A stretch of DNA of 64,000 nt from Flaccisagitta enflata (Eukaryota), in NCBI GenBank assembly GCA_965153355.1, contig OZ231126.1:7440001-7504000 (forward strand), in the 5' to 3' direction. The notes beneath the pieces are model-generated. The model had not been told where the DNA came from. It saw only the letters and a program-made list of their open reading frames with translations, and did not search any database. Below are positions 39,268-54,582 of the stretch, in pieces (the stretch's first letter is position 1; the number at the start of each line of letters is the position of its first letter). A program made the position numbers and the translations under genes.

Positions 39268-39342
<75 letters not shown>

Positions 39343-39419
39343 ATTTCATGAACAAGTTTTACGGTGAATCTGGCCTTACGTTAAGATGAACCCTGGCTTA
39401 AACTTGGTATCTGCATTGT

Positions 39420-40100
39420 TCCAGTCCAGCGATATTTTAGCTTGTTTTTAGCCTGTTATAGCCCAGCAAACAGTTTCCAAAGATCTCATTAAGTATATTT
39501 GACCCCGTTCTGACTGGAATGAGTGAGATTTGTAAAAAAATTCCATACAACTATAATTTTTCTAGATAAAAATGTTAATTTTGGTCATTTTAAGCCATTT
39601 TTTGCCTGTTTTAGTCCTGGTATCAGTTTTCAAAGCTCTCAATGAGTATATCTGACCTAGTTCTGACTGGATAGAGTGAGATTGGCAAAAAAATTATCGA
39701 TAACATTCATCTTTTTGTAGAAAATGCCAATTTTGGCTATCTTAGGCTATTTTTGGCCTGTTTTTGGCCTGGTATGACCCCCATATCAATGTCTAAAGCT
39801 CTTATTGAGCATATTAGACCTAGTCTTGACAGGATTGAGTGAGATTTGTGAAAAAAAAAATTGAATATCAATGATCTATACAAAGAAAATGCCAATTTTG
39901 GCCATTTGAAGCCATTTTTGGCCTGGTTTTAGCCTGTTATGATCCCATAGCAGTGTCTAAAGCTCTCAATAAGTGTATTTGTCCTAGTTCTGACCTAATT
40001 GAGAGTGATTGACAAAAAAATTTTAAATAACACTGATGTTTTTAGGAAAAACTGCTGCTTTTGGCTGTTTTGGGTCATTTTTGGCCTGTTATTGGCAATA
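39420..40100. repeat. Degenerate tandem repeat of about 120-135 bp, 5-6 copies
   Basis: Recurrent TTTTGGCCATTT...GCCTG...AAAGCTCTCAAT...GACCTAGTTCTGAC...GAGTGAGATT. Confidence 0.75.
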
Positions 40101-42329
40101 CACAATCCCTGTATGGCTGCAAAGTTCTTGTAAACTGTATATTAATTTCAATTCTTGTTAGGTTTGATTAAAAGATGCAACAAGGTGATGATAGTGTACT
40201 TCAAATAGCCAGAAAAATGCATTTTTACCTAAAAAATTGCAAAAAAATGAATTTTTGAAGGGTGGGCCAAAAAATATTCCAAAATAGAGGTCAGATTTGT
40301 GTTCACCACAAAAAAATATGTCAGAGTAATGAAGTTCCAGAGTTTTTTGGCAATATTGACTCTACACTTCCTTTAGCTCCCTGACTAGAAAACAAAATCT
40401 GCAAAATTCTGTTTGAGTGTTCTCCCGTGAAAGTCTAAGTTTGCATAGAAACGTACAAAATCAAAAAAATAAACACATGGCCCTGTTCTACATTCACTAG
40501 AGATCACAGCCATGTTCTTGGAAATGCAAAATTTGACTCGTGGAGGCAGTCTTAGACTTTCACGTCCAAGAAATAATATTTTCAAAAGCCCTCAATCCTG
40601 ATATTTTTTCTGGAGTAAGGTCAAAATAAGCGGAAAAAAACTTTCGCGAGGGTGAATTTTTGGGACCTAATGATGGTCAGGGTTCCAACTGATGAAGATT
40701 AAATGGCGGTTTTGTGTTTGAGTCACTTATGATAATACAATACATCAAAATTCCCTGACTTCTCTGAATATGCAAATTTGTTTCGCAACCAGAGGGAGGT
40801 ACATGTTTTTAGGGACTCTTGCTTCTTGGCTGGGAGTAAATACCAGTGAACACAAGAAGTCGCACCGTAGGTCTATGGCACCACCCATAACCGGTCATTT
40901 AGTCTTCTGGTCTATATCATACAAAGAAAATATGATATCACACTCAAGAGGTAGGAAAATGTCGCAACGCTAGATTCTCCCTTTGGTGGAATTTCCCAAA
41001 GAGGTTTTTGCTATTTCCTTCTTGTTTCTGGACTTGGAATCGGTTCAAGCATGTCAATAGGTACCTTAGCTATTTTCCCACTGGTGTAAAGGATGGAGGG
41101 AACAAAACGGAAAAGATTTAAATGTGTTTTACACCTAAAAACTTGATGAAAAAATTGTTTTTTGATCATCAACACTGCGACATAAGGGTTACGAAATCAT
41201 TTTAAACGATAAAATTTTTTGAAGCCTGTAATTTGGATGATAACGGATGAGACCATGTTCCATAACTTGCTCGATTTTCCCTCCTTGATCTGAGAGGCAC
41301 GATTCAGATTTCCGCTTCGGTTCTTCGATTTGCGAGTATCAAGACGGCAATATTGATATAGAAACAACAACAGCAACAACTAGAACGATAATAACGTCTG
41401 GATTTACGAAAAGCAGCAACAAGTGACGCGGGGTCAAAATATCGTTGCGGACGGTCGAGCCGGGGTATCCAACCCCTATCCACACCTTATGACCCCACAC
41501 ATACATTTAAAACCCTACAAAACGCTCATTTTCGCACTTTTTGACTCACATCCCCCACCCCACTACCCCCACCGTCCAACATGAGTGACATAACCTCCGA
41601 AAAAGCGGGATACAGCACCAGTGCGATCCGAGTGGGCAGAGACGGTAATGCGGATGGATGGGCGGGGGCTATAATGTGGTTGTGCGGGTGCATTTATGCT
41701 CACAAGTACAGTTTCTTTCAGTTTGACATCTCTCAAAAATTCGCTTTCGGACTGACCCTCCTTCCAAGGGACGCACAGACACACCCTAGTCGGTACTGTT
41801 TTCGAACTCGCTGATGTCTTTTGTTTTACTGACTTTCTAAGCGGGTATTTATTAAGGGTTAGGGGTAGGGTTAGGGATGAGGTTGGGGTTGGGGGTGGTT
41901 TAAAGGTTAGGGTTAGGGTCAGGGCTAGCGTTAGGGCTAGACGAGAGCTGGGTTTTATACATTTCAACCCGAATCTTCTCGAATTAAAGCTTTCCCCAAA
42001 CGGGAAAACCCGGTAAAAACAAAAGATCAGTACAACGTCTTCGAAATTTCTTCCCAGACACACCTTCATGAAAAGTCGCTAAGCAAGCGACTAGAAAGCG
42101 AATGAAAAACCAACCCGACAGAATATAAATTGAATTAAGCAGACTGGATTGAGTTAAATCTGATATCCGGTATCCTCAGTCAGTCCTCAGTCGTTACCAC
42201 TCCTCAACCCAATCCAACATCATTCACCGAGACTGAAGCAAGGCAGAGACTAAACAACCCCCCCCCTTCCGCCAAGAAGGGATAGTCGCAAAAGCGTTAG
42301 ATGGTCAATGCGACGGTAACCGTGCCCTA

Positions 42330-42750
42330 CTTAAGTCGGTCACGATTGTGGTTGGAGGAGGGAGCAGGGCAGCGGCCCGAAGGGGTTGATGTCCCACGCT
42401 TTCACACATATGGGGAATGTTCTCCTCCTCCTTCTTCTCCTCCTCAGCACCCCCCCCCCCCCCAACCTCCAGGCCCATATCTCGGCTTTGAGGCCCATAT
42501 CCCAGCCTTGAAGCCCAAATCCCGGTATTGAGGTCCGAATCCCGTGGGGCTGGAATTCGGGCCTTGGGTTGGGATTGTGGCCCTGAGGTTGGGATTTGGG
42601 CTTCAAGACTGGGATTTGGGCCTCAAGAATGGGATATGGGCTTTGAAGCTGAGATACGGGCCTTGGGGTGGGGGAGTTACAAAGAAGGAGAAGAAGGAGG
42701 AGGAGTAGAAAATTCCTCATATGTGTGAAAGCATAGGGCCGCTGCCCAAA
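42330..42750 (+). mobile_element. Non-autonomous element with GGGCAGCGGCCC inverted motifs and ~21-bp internal repeats
   Basis: GGGCAGCGGCCC at 42367 and GGGCCGCTGCCCAAA at 42736; inverted TTTCACACATATG(G/A)GGAAT arms; related to the 26730 and 59921 family. Confidence 0.55.
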
Positions 42751-43805
42751 GAGGAATAAACAAAAACATCAAGGTCAAGTAGGTCAATAGGTGCGCTCGG
42801 TGGGATATCAATCGTCTTCGAGACGGATGAAGAAACTGGCCTACCCACCCAACGAACAGACACGGCCGGTGGGGGAGATAATTTTGCGCACCAGTAAAAA
42901 AAACTTTTATAATCCAATTCGGATAGAACCTGGCTGCTTTCATGTTGATTATTTGGGTGAAATTGCCCCATTGGAACTCTCTATATAAAATGGCATTTCT
43001 TTCAATGGTGATTCTAGCCATAGCCATAGCCACAGCCATAGCCATAGCAATAGTCATAGCCATTTATGTCACTTCCTGTGCCAAAGTTATAACTTTGATT
43101 TTTTTGTCGATAAAAATGTTTAGCTTTTAAGCCAAAATTTGTAATTTTCGGCTTTCTCCGTCCGTATGTCAATGCATGTGCGCTTTAGATGATAACATGA
43201 AAGGTAAATGAAAAGGTTATAAATTGAATTGTTTGGACCCATTCGTTTTTGCGCAGTTGCTAGAGAAATCTTTATTACTCTCCTGTCTATTCATTAATTA
43301 AGAGGTTCCACGCCTAAGTTGATCATTCTCTGTCTGACCTAAAAAATATCTAATAAGAAATCAAACTCTTTTCAGTCTTTCGACATTCTTGCCTTCGTTT
43401 TTCCAAGCTATTCTTTCTTTTGTTTCTTTTTCTAGTCATGGAAGCGCGACTCTATCAGAGGCTTTGTCTGTTCCTCCGTCCATGAGGAAATGTAAGTGTT
43501 TTACGTGTTCGTGTGCGTGTAAGGGGGATGTGGAACGGGACCTGCTCATTCATCCGCGACGATGTATTGTAACCCCCTTTTTAACTGTGCCGACAAAGCG
43601 GGATACAGGACCAGTGCAAGTGGGCAGAGGCGGTAAAGCGGATGGATGGGGGGGGGGGGGCTGTAATGGAATGTTCGAACCAATTTTTAGCTACCATCTG
43701 GAAGGCTGAAGCACTGCATCTGGAATTTTGAGCCCAGGACAGTTTGGCATCAGAGTCTCAAGGCGCAGCGCACCCGGAATCTCACTCCGAAATGACGCCA
43801 CTACA

Positions 43806-44073
43806 CAGTCTAAGGACATTCCGATATTTGTAGATATGTCAGCAGTTTGGTGTATTTGAACCCGTTGAAATCTCTCATTCTGGCATATTTCAACGGGTTG
43901 AAATGTTTAATTTTGGCACATTTTAACACGTTGAAATCTCTCATTCCACAAGATTTATATCAGTAAAATGAAAGATTTCAACCTGTTGAAATATGCCAGA
44001 ATGAGAGATTTCAACGGGTTGAAATATACCAAACTGCTGACATATCTACAAATACCGAAATGTCCATAGACTG
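43806..44073. mobile_element. Palindromic MITE
   Basis: About 100-bp TIRs starting CAGTCTA(A/T)GGACATT; flanked by TACA on both sides. Confidence 0.85.
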
Positions 44074-44211
44074 TACATTACATAATGTGCTTGGTTGTGA
44101 CTAGTGAGTTGCGATGAAGAGCGATTCGATTGAAAATTTTACATGTCACGTACTCGACACGGTTAAACAAGTTAAAAGTGCCTCTATGTGGTAAGTTTAC
44201 AAGCCATAGGA

Positions 44212-44670
44212 GGTGGTGGTGGTGGTGGTGGTGGTGGTGGTGGTGGTGGTGGTGGTGGTGGTGGTGGTGGTGGTGGTTGTGGTGGTGGTGGTGGTGGTGG
44301 TGGTGGTGGTGGTGGTGGTGGTGGCGGTGGTGGTGGTGGTGTCTTTTTTAGCGCGCTGGTCGAAATCATGAAGGAAATCGAAGAGAGCCAACCGAGGCAG
44401 TGACCGGTTGGCTGACTTCTGCTTGCTCGTTCTTTCTTTCTTTCTTTCTTTCTTTCTTTGTTATTTTCTTTCTCTTTTTCTGTTTTTCATTCTTTCCGTT
44501 CCTTGTATAAGTTCCTCGTTCCCATTTCTTCTCATGTTTTTGTTAAATCTATTTATTTTTCTTTCTTTTTCTTTTTGCACGTTTATGCTATCTCTCGTTT
44601 CAAGCTTGGTTCTTTGTCTATTCTTTCTCTTCCTCTTTTTTATCCTTTTTTTGTCATCTTTTTCGTCGTC

Positions 44671-44730
<60 letters not shown>

Positions 44731-44750
44731 GCCATCATCATCACTATCAT

Positions 44751-44839
<89 letters not shown>

Positions 44840-44846
44840 CCACCAC

Positions 44847-44936
<90 letters not shown>

Positions 44937-45520
44937 TCCTCCGTCGGTCACGAATTTTTCTTCATCTTCATCTTGATCTTCATCTTGATCTTCATCTTCT
45001 TCATCTTCTTCTTCTTCTTCTTCTTCTTCTTCTTCTTCTTCTTCTTCTTCTTCTTCTTCATCGATCATCTTCTTCATCTTCATCTCTTTTTTACTGCTAA
45101 TAAATCTCTTTCTTTCCACTCTTTCCTATCTTCTTCATCCCGCCTCATCTCACAACCCCCCCCCCCCCTCAACTCGATCTTGACATTGCTTTGGCCTCTC
45201 TCTGGTCTGCCGACTTTTTCTTCCCTCGTGATTTCGATCTCGTGTGTTAATATGAACCAATTCTCTCTCTGCAGCAGTTGTTGTATTTTTTCGCCGCAGC
45301 AACCCGACAGCAGCCGCGACCACAGCAGCATTAATCTATTTCGGCTGCTGCAGCAGCAAGGTTAGAAAAAAAGTTGAGGCTAAGCTAAGCGAAGAGCGAA
45401 GGAGGTTGAATTGTAAAGGGCAAGAAAGAAGCAGGGTTCAGTTTTTCGCACAATTTTGGTCAATTTCAGTCAATCGAGGCTGGACCATTTATTGACCTGT
45501 GTGTAAACTTTGCACTTGTT

Positions 45521-45611
<91 letters not shown>

Positions 45612-45612
45612 C
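44212..45612. repeat. Trinucleotide microsatellite cluster (GGT)n, (CAT)n, (TTC)n, (CAA)n
   Basis: Pure tracts at about 44212-44340, 44672-44935, 45000-45058 and 45521-45612. Confidence 0.95.
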
Positions 45613-45753
45613 TTTATTTACCATTATTGGGCCCAACCAAGGATTCCACTACATTAGTGACTAATCTATTCTTACTTCATTGTTGTTACCATCCTAATCC
45701 TTGTCCTAAGTACAGATACATTTATACATCTTTAATCACGAATGATGCATAAG

Positions 45754-46264
<511 letters not shown>

Positions 46265-47774
46265 TGCATAAGATAACGAAATTATGGAAAGAAAAAAAAC
46301 ACCTGTCACCTGAAACCTTTAGCGACTAAAAGCTACATGCCAAATGAATAGGAGACAATTCCGTTACTCAGAAGAATGAAATTATAACCAACAACAATTT
46401 TTATGTGCGTCCCGACCTTTCTATAAGAGGTTGTGTCTGTCTGTTGTTTCGTCCGTCGGCCTTTCACGCAAAAGTTTATTATCACAAAATCTGACACTCT
46501 TTCATTAAAAGAGCGACACCAATTTAAGTTTTAATCTTTCCTTAATTGATTCAGAAATTCAAAAAATGAATACATTCATTCATAAACAAGAGTCATTCTT
46601 GAGAGAAACGTTCTTTAACTTCATTCATAAACAATTTTGCTCCGATACATTTTCAATCAGCCAGGGCACAAATGCTGGCCTTTACTTGACCTTGTTGATA
46701 TGATCTTGTGACATCTAAAATACCAAGAATGCGAATCTGTTGATTAAGGACAAGGCGGAGGTGTTTAATATTCTAGTCACAACTTCACTTGTTTTCCATT
46801 GCAACAGGATATTACGTCCAAATCCTTAACCATCAGGTGACTTTATTTGCGCGCGATTTATGCGTCATCCTGTCGTGTCGCCAAATCGTTATTCAAAAAC
46901 AAAGATCCTCTGCACCCTCGCATGTATCAACAGATGCCCCGTTTATGCATTAGGGCGTGCCCGCGGCCGCTGTTGGGAAGATGTATCATCAATGTTGTGA
47001 CCGATTTTGTAAACGAAAGTTAGGTCAAGATTTGAAATTTTGGTCAATTTTGACCGTAATCTCTCATTAGTCGAGTGTACGCGATTTTATAACCCGTTTT
47101 GTTGGTCGGTCGGTCGGTCGCCGTATGCTTTTTCGACTTTTTTGGGTGTCTTTTGCATTACTGCTCCTGCCCTAATGCTCGAGTAAGCCTTTTCATCACT
47201 TCCCCTGCCCACCCGCACTTTACTTCGGTAGCCGTGTATCCGGCCTTTTCTTCCTCTTCTTTCAGGCCTGTTTATCATTGAGTTCCCCTCCCCCCCCCCC
47301 GTGGGTTGGGGGAAAATCAAAGGGTTTGGAGATAGGGAAGAAAATCAAAGGGGGAAAAAGAGAAAAAAAGGGGAAAATATAACTTTTGACAGTACTAAAT
47401 CATGAAAAACTAATTAGAAAAACACAATTTAACACTAACTACAGTGTTATGTGGAAGAAAACCATAATTTCAAAACGCAATGCAACACATCACGGGGAAG
47501 AAAATCAAAGGCAGGGGGGGGAATCAAAAGCGACTCAATTATATACACCCCTCCTTCTTCTTCTTCTTTTTCTTCTTCTTCGTTCTTTTCTTCCTCTTCT
47601 TCTTTTTGTTTGATGTCACTTTGTTCCCTCCACCTTTAATGATAAAAAGCGGCTTAAGAAAAGCTAAGCCGTGAAAAATGCGATTTCCAGCGAATATTAT
47701 TAATAATTCAAATAAGAATATATAAAAGCGCAGCTGAAAGCAAAAAGGACCAACGTTTTATTACTAATATCGTC

Positions 47775-48390
47775 TTGTTCGCCCCCGTTTGTTTATTTGT
47801 TCACTCCGATTGTTCATTTCTCCCCCCGTTTGTTCATTTATTCGCCCTGTTCGTTCATTTATCCGCCCTGTTTGATCATTAGTCCGCCCCATTTGTTCAT
47901 TCATTTGCACCCGTTTGTTCATTTGTTCACTCCGATTGTTCATTTCTCCGCCCATTTGTTCATTTATTTGCCCCGTTTGTTCATTTGTCCACCCTGTTTG
48001 ATCATTAGTCCGCCCCATTTGTTCATTCATTTGCACCCGTTTGTTCAATTGTTCGCTCCATTGGTTCATTTATCCACCCTGTATGATCGTTAGTCCGCCT
48101 CATTTGCTCATTCAGTTGCACCAGTTTGTTCATAAGTTTGCCCCATTTGTTCACTTGCTCGTCCCATTTGATCATTAGTCCGCCCCATTTGTTCATTCAT
48201 TGACATCCATTTGTTCATTTGTTCGCTCCATTGGTTGATTTATCCACCCTGTTTTATCGTTAGTCCGCCTCATTTGTTCATTCAGTTGCACCAGTTTGTT
48301 CATAAGTTCGCCCCATTTGTTCACTTGCTCGTCCCATTTGTTCATTAGTCCGCCCCGTTTGTTCATTCATTTGCACCCGTTTGTCCATTT
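47775..48390. repeat. Minisatellite of TTGTTCATT-based units with a higher-order period of about 126 bp
   Basis: The block at 47789 recurs at 47915. Confidence 0.85.
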
Positions 48391-48773
48391 AGTGTTCTAA
48401 ATCCTTTTTCGTGTCTGCAGTCGCACCCACTCAAAATGTCTTATACATTTTATCCTTATTGCGTCTTTTGGTGTGTGCATACATGCTTGGGTGACAAGCA
48501 AGGGCAATGTGGAACGAGTTACATCAACATCAAGTAAAGTTACAGTTACGTCGACAAGGCACAGTGTGTTCGTTTTCCTAGTCTTTAACACAACGACAGT
48601 GACCGACACAAAAAGTCAAGTGTAAATGTACACAATATTAACAAAATCGTTCTTCTTGCTTCAACTTTTTAACTAAACTAAGTCACTTCACCACCAAATT
48701 CGCGAAGGATGATTCATGATTTACAGCCTCAACTTTTTTACCCATCTAGGTTACATGTTCACGTTCTAGCACC

Positions 48774-49943
48774 AGGTATATCATAGCCGATGCAGGCTCA
48801 TGAATTTATGGTAATCTTATGTCATAAATTTATGGGCAATAGCTACCCATTAATTTATGGAATTTTTTTCCATAAATTTATGCCAAAAAACATATGATTT
48901 TTTATGATCCCAAAAAAGATAATAAAAAAACTGCATTTTTTTGCCATAAATTTATGGGTACCTATTGCCCATAAATTTATGATTATTTTTTGTCATAAAT
49001 AAATGCAATAAAAACGTATAAATTTATGCAAAAAAACATATGATTTTTTATGATTCCAAGAAAAATCATAAAAAAACAGTGTTGTTTTGCCATAAATTTA
49101 TGGTCACTTTTTATGATAAATTTATGGAAAAAAACAAACATAAATTTATGCTAAAAACATATCATTTTTTTATGATTCTCTAGAATATCATAAAAAAACG
49201 CCTTCTTTTGCCATTAATTTTTGGGTAGCTAATGCCCTTTTGGGCCGCTGCCCAAAAAGGACCATAAATTTATGGCAAAAAAATACTGTTTTTTTATGAT
49301 TTTTTTTGGAGTCATAAAAAATAACATGTTTTTTTTGCATAAATTTATGCATTTTTATTGCATTAATTCATGACAAAAAGTAATCATAAGTTTATGAGCT
49401 ACCCGAAAATTAATGGCAAAAAAATGCGTTTTTTGTATGATATTCTATTGAATCATAAAAAATGATATGTTTTTAGCATAAATTTATGCTTGTTTTTTCT
49501 CATAAATTTATCATAAAGAGTGACTATAGATTTATGGCAAAAAAACGCTGTTTTTTTATGATTTTTCTTGGAATCATAAAAAATCATACGCTTTTTTGCA
49601 TAAATTTATGCGTTTTTATTGCATTAATTTATGACAGAAAATGATCATAAATTTATGGGCAATAGGTACCAATAAATTTATGGCAAAAAAATGCAGGTTT
49701 TTTATGCTTTTCTTTAAATTCATAAAAAAATCATATGTTTTTTGCATAAATTTATGGAAAAAATTTCATAAATTTATTTGTACCTATTGCCCATAGATTT
49801 ATGGCGTTTTTTTGGCCATAATTCATGCTTAATAAAATGCCATAAATTTATGCTAATTTTTGGGGTATTTCTTATGATTTCATAAAAAATGACCCATAAA
49901 ATGGCCATAAATTATGAAATACTGCGGGGGTATGATATATCTC
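48774..49943. mobile_element. AT-rich foldback element with probable 9-bp TSD (MULE/Foldback-like)
   Basis: TCTAGCACC at 48765-48773 and 49944-49952; imperfect terminal TATATCATA inverted motif; body built from CATAAATTTATG palindromes in two inverted arms. Confidence 0.7.
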
Positions 49944-50402
49944 TCTAGCACCCACTTACTATCAACCTAAAGACCCGTTCAATCATAAGACAAAGACCTT
50001 TGTTTACTTCATAATGTGTGCCAGTCTGTCTTTCTGTCTATCTGTCTGTCTTTCCAAGTCTCGTTCACTTTTTTTTTATAGGAACGTCATTTTTTGAGCA
50101 AGCCTTCAATGTTCTTAAATTTTGAGCAGTCTCGAAGCTTGAACGTTCTTGAATTTTTCTTAATCTAAATGCACTTTTTACCTTCAGTTAAGAATGTTCT
50201 TAATTAGTTATAAGTGAATTAAGATCAATGAAAGTAGAAAAAGTATATGCTATATAAAGTGAGACATGATTTGCTGTACAGAAAAGAAACAGAGTTTGTT
50301 TATTTTCAAAGAACAATTTATTAAAAAAAGCCCCCCCCAAAAAGGTCTAAAATTTTTAATGATTTGAAGCCTAACGTTTTTATAAACTTGGTTCTTATAG
50401 AA

Positions 50403-50517
50403 ACAAGGCCAAGTAGGCCAATAAGGTGCGACGTGTGGATCGTCGAACGAATGCGTTACCAACCAACAGACCGACGGACAAAGCCAGTTATAGAGGTGCT
50501 TTGTCGCACCTAAAAAA
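50403..50517 (+). mobile_element. HINE-like element (AGGTGCGAC subfamily)
   Basis: ACAAGGCCAAGTAGGCCAATAAGGTGCGAC...TATAGAGGTGCTTTGTCGCACCTAAAAA. Confidence 0.75.
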
Positions 50518-50566
50518 GTGTATGTCCATTGTCCAAGATCATGCACTCACTTGCGTACATACCATT

Positions 50567-50679
<113 letters not shown>

Positions 50680-50882
50680 ACTTATTTCATGAGAACTATC
50701 TCCGTTCTCCCAAACTTCAAGGCCTAAAATCGAGGCAACCATGACGATGTTTATTACCGTACAAAGTCGTAAAAAGGCAGGTTTCATAATCAAAAGAATG
50801 TTGACTTACTTTTTGACTATCTGCTTGAGTGTAGCTTCTTCTTCTTCTTCTTCTTCTTCTTCTTCTTCTTCTTCTTCTTCTT

Positions 50883-50913
<31 letters not shown>

Positions 50914-51234
50914 ATTTTCTTTTTTATTCTTCTTCTTTTCTCCTTCTTCTTCTCCTCTTTCTGTTTCTCTCTTTTCTATTCCTCCTTCTTTTTCTTTCTT
51001 TTCTATTCCTCCTTCTTTTTCTTCCTCTCCTCCTTCTTTTTCACCTTCTGTTTTTCTTCTTCTTCTTCTTTTCCTCCACCCTTTTCTTCTTCCTCTGCTA
51101 TATGGTATTGACAAAAGGGATATCGAAAAATGGAAACATGAGTATATGATATTGACAGTCCACTTCGTCCGTTTACGACTGACAAACACGTAAAATAGGA
51201 TATCTATACTTCTGTTTATCTGATGTCTATCGTT

Positions 51235-51327
<93 letters not shown>

Positions 51328-51799
51328 GGCGTAACTCCTAGCTCCACGGAGTAGAAGAAAATTCCTTGCATGTGTGAAAGCGTAGGTCATGTTGTTGTTG
51401 TTATTGCCACTCCTTGAAGTGGAAACTTCCCATACGCTATGCATACGGTAGGGGGCGGTTTGGCCTACCAAAGTTCTCAGCAGTTATGCAGATCCACCAC
51501 GCAAGGCTCCCCCATTCGGATCCCTTTTGAACCCTCACCCAACCTGCCACCCTACTCCCCCGCCCCACTACCTAGCTAGTTACTGGAATTCTATGAGACC
51601 CATCACAAGGTTGAGGATTCCAACCTTCGTTGAAAAGACTTGTCCATTGCGGGACACTCTACCGCTGAGCAATCCTCCCCCCACCACTATAAGTCATCAA
51701 CAGCGGCGTATCTGAGCTAAGATTTTAGCAGCTGCCGCCTCCAATCTATGTCCGACAAAGCTCCTGTCCGACCTATATTACTAAAATTATTAGTATATA

Positions 51800-52579
51800 C
51801 AGTATGATTGTTTTCGTTTGTAACATTACACGACGACATAACTTTAAAAGTTGTAAAGATAATCATATTATGAAAAAAGATAGTGAAAGATATTGAAAAT
51901 ACATTTTATGCTATTAAACTTCCAAGACTTTTCAGCAAAAATTTGATCCAGATTTCTTACTATTAGTTGTAAGACATATTTGACTAAAATGAACTGTTTT
52001 TCATGTTTGGAGATAAACTGTTTTTCTTTGGATTGCTCTTATTTCTAAACGATTTGACCTACAGATACCAGGTTGGTCTCAAATGAAAGATAATTTGAAG
52101 TAGTTTTAGAAAATGTAAAGAAAGAAACCTATTTGGAAAGACATATCATAAAAAACATAAAAGAAATGGGATCATTTTTGAAAATTTAAAAAAAGTACTT
52201 GCCTATAGTTTTTGAATTGTATTCAAAACATCAAATCAGTGCTTACTTTTCAGAAAACCTAAAAACTAGATCAAATTATCTTTCATTTAAGACCAATCTG
52301 GCATCTGTAGCTCAAACCGTTTAGAAATGAGAACAATTTTAAGGTAAACAGTCCATTTGTTAAATTTTTACAAAATTTTTCAAATCGACAATTTGTCAAG
52401 TTGGTGTGGTAGTTTATTTTTTCATCAGAGAATCAGATGTTACTAAGTAGATCCTTTGATTGATATATTATAAAATGTATTTTTATAGTCTTTTAGGAAC
52501 TTTTTTCAGAATTCATTTATTTGAGTTATTTTTGGAATTACGTCGTCATGAAATGTTACAATCGAAAACAATCATACTG
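51800..52579. mobile_element. Tc1/mariner-type MITE with TA TSD
   Basis: TIR CAGTATGATTGTTTTCG(T/A)TTGTAACATT flanked by TA on both sides. Confidence 0.88.
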
Positions 52580-52711
52580 TATAACTATGTATTTTTATTC
52601 AAAACTATACATAAATATCTATTACTATATACATATAACTGAACATGACCATATATAAATTGTTACAGCAGTGTGTATTGTGTAACTACTTAGTACAACA
52701 TTTGTCTAATT

Positions 52712-52866
<155 letters not shown>

Positions 52867-53391
52867 TCCTTCTTCCTCTCTCTCTCTCTCTCTCTTCCTC
52901 CTTCTTCTTCCTCTTCTGCTTCTTCTTCTTCTTCTTCTTCTTCTTCTTCTTCTTCTTCTTCTTCTTCTTCTTCTTCTTCTTCTTCTTCTTCTTCTTCTTC
53001 TTCTTCTTCTTCTTTCCTTTGTCTGTCTGTCCGACATCGATCCTGTCCGACATGGTACAGCTGCCGCGGCAGCTGCGGAAGCCCCTTCAAATACGCCGCT
53101 GGTCATCAACCTCTTCCGGGCCGCTACCCTGCTTCCTCCCCCAATGTTGATCACAACCTACTTGGTCAGGGCACGGGTATCGCTGACCATGTAACGCTTT
53201 TGTGTCTATTCAATTCAAACACGGCATACTTGATCTATGGAGCACCTTTCAAAACATGAATGAGATGAAGTTCGCAGCTGAAAATTATTTTGCATTGAAG
53301 TGTCATACTCAAAGCATTCGTGAAGTTGAAATATTTCATTGTATTGCATTGTTTGTACCTGGTTTTGGGATGATTCCTCAACATAACCGAA

Positions 53392-53517
53392 TTTTTAGGT
53401 GCGACAAAGCACCTCTATAACTGGCTGTGTCCGTCGGTCTGTCTGTCTGTCTGTCGGTTGGTAACGCATTCGTTCGACGATCCACACGTCGCACCTTATT
53501 GGCCTACTTGGCCTTGT
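53392..53517 (-). mobile_element. HINE-like element (AGGTGCGAC subfamily)
   Basis: Reverse complement of the 50403 element. Confidence 0.75.
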
Positions 53518-53614
53518 TTTGCTGGTTCAAGGTTTTGGCCTTCAAAAGCAAATCTGGTTTTGGCCAGTCTTAACTCAAATGATCGTTTTGGGTGAGGTTC
53601 GGGGAATCGCGAGC

Positions 53615-53659
<45 letters not shown>

Positions 53660-53720
53660 TGTCTATCTGTCTGTTGTTTGTGTGTTTTTGTCTGTTTGTT
53701 TGTTTTTTTTTGTTTTTTTT

Positions 53721-53824
<104 letters not shown>

Positions 53825-53904
53825 TGTCTGTCTGTCTGTCTCTGTGTTACAAGTTCATCTTTTGAATCAGTCGAAAAATAATCCTCTCTGTATATACACT
53901 TTTT

Positions 53905-54582
53905 TTTTTTATAAGCACCTCGTTTATAAACACGCCCAGCCTCAGATATTGGGAAAATTTAAGCACATTGCTAAGCACGCCAATTTTTATACATTTTTGG
54001 TTGGAATTTCACAAAAACAAATGGAAAGTTTGATAGAATTTGAAATCCTCTATAATATCAGTCTGTCAGTACATTCAGGATTTTGATAATGATAAAAATA
54101 ATTGAATTTCTAATAATATTTAGGAATATTATTGCTAAGATACTATTGTTAATAAGAATTTATTGCTGTAAAAACACCACCACAAAAGAAAGATATAGCA
54201 TGATACTAAATAACAAAAAAAATCTGAAAAAATGTATATCAGGTCATGATCTTAATCTCATCTCATGGTTTATATGAAAGCAGGACAACGCCAGTGAAAG
54301 ATACTGTATATTTTCTTATAAAAAATACATTCATTACTGTGTTTTATACTGTACTTTATTCTATATTATACAATACTCTATGCTTTACTGTTTTCTATTC
54401 CCTACTGTGTTCTTTGTTCTATACTGTTTTTGTTCTATCCTGTGTACTTTGTTCTATCCTTAATAGGATAATTATTTACCGATAAATAATAAGCACGCAC
54501 TTAAGCACATTTTAGCCTCGAAAATAAGATTTTGCTAAGCACGCTCAGCCTCAGCCAAAAAAGGAGCGTGCTTATAAAAAAA
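53905..54582. mobile_element. MITE-like element with TTTTTATAAGCAC ends
   Basis: TTTTTATAAGCAC...GTGCTTATAAAAAA; a similar architecture occurs at about 50072-50402. Confidence 0.55.

Noticed and set aside
37066-41200. T(A/T)AGGGTTACGAAATCAT repeated at 37066-37115 and 41183 as a possible long TSD
   Set aside because: No RT ORF, poly-A tail or TIRs define an enclosed element, and the motif is itself tandemly repeated.
41850-41940. TTAGGG-like repeats
   Set aside because: Short, degenerate and interstitial; not evidence of a telomere or chromosome fusion.
44130-45752. Poly-W/P/G/T/M/I/Q ORFs
   Set aside because: They are trinucleotide microsatellites with no supporting splice structure or domain.
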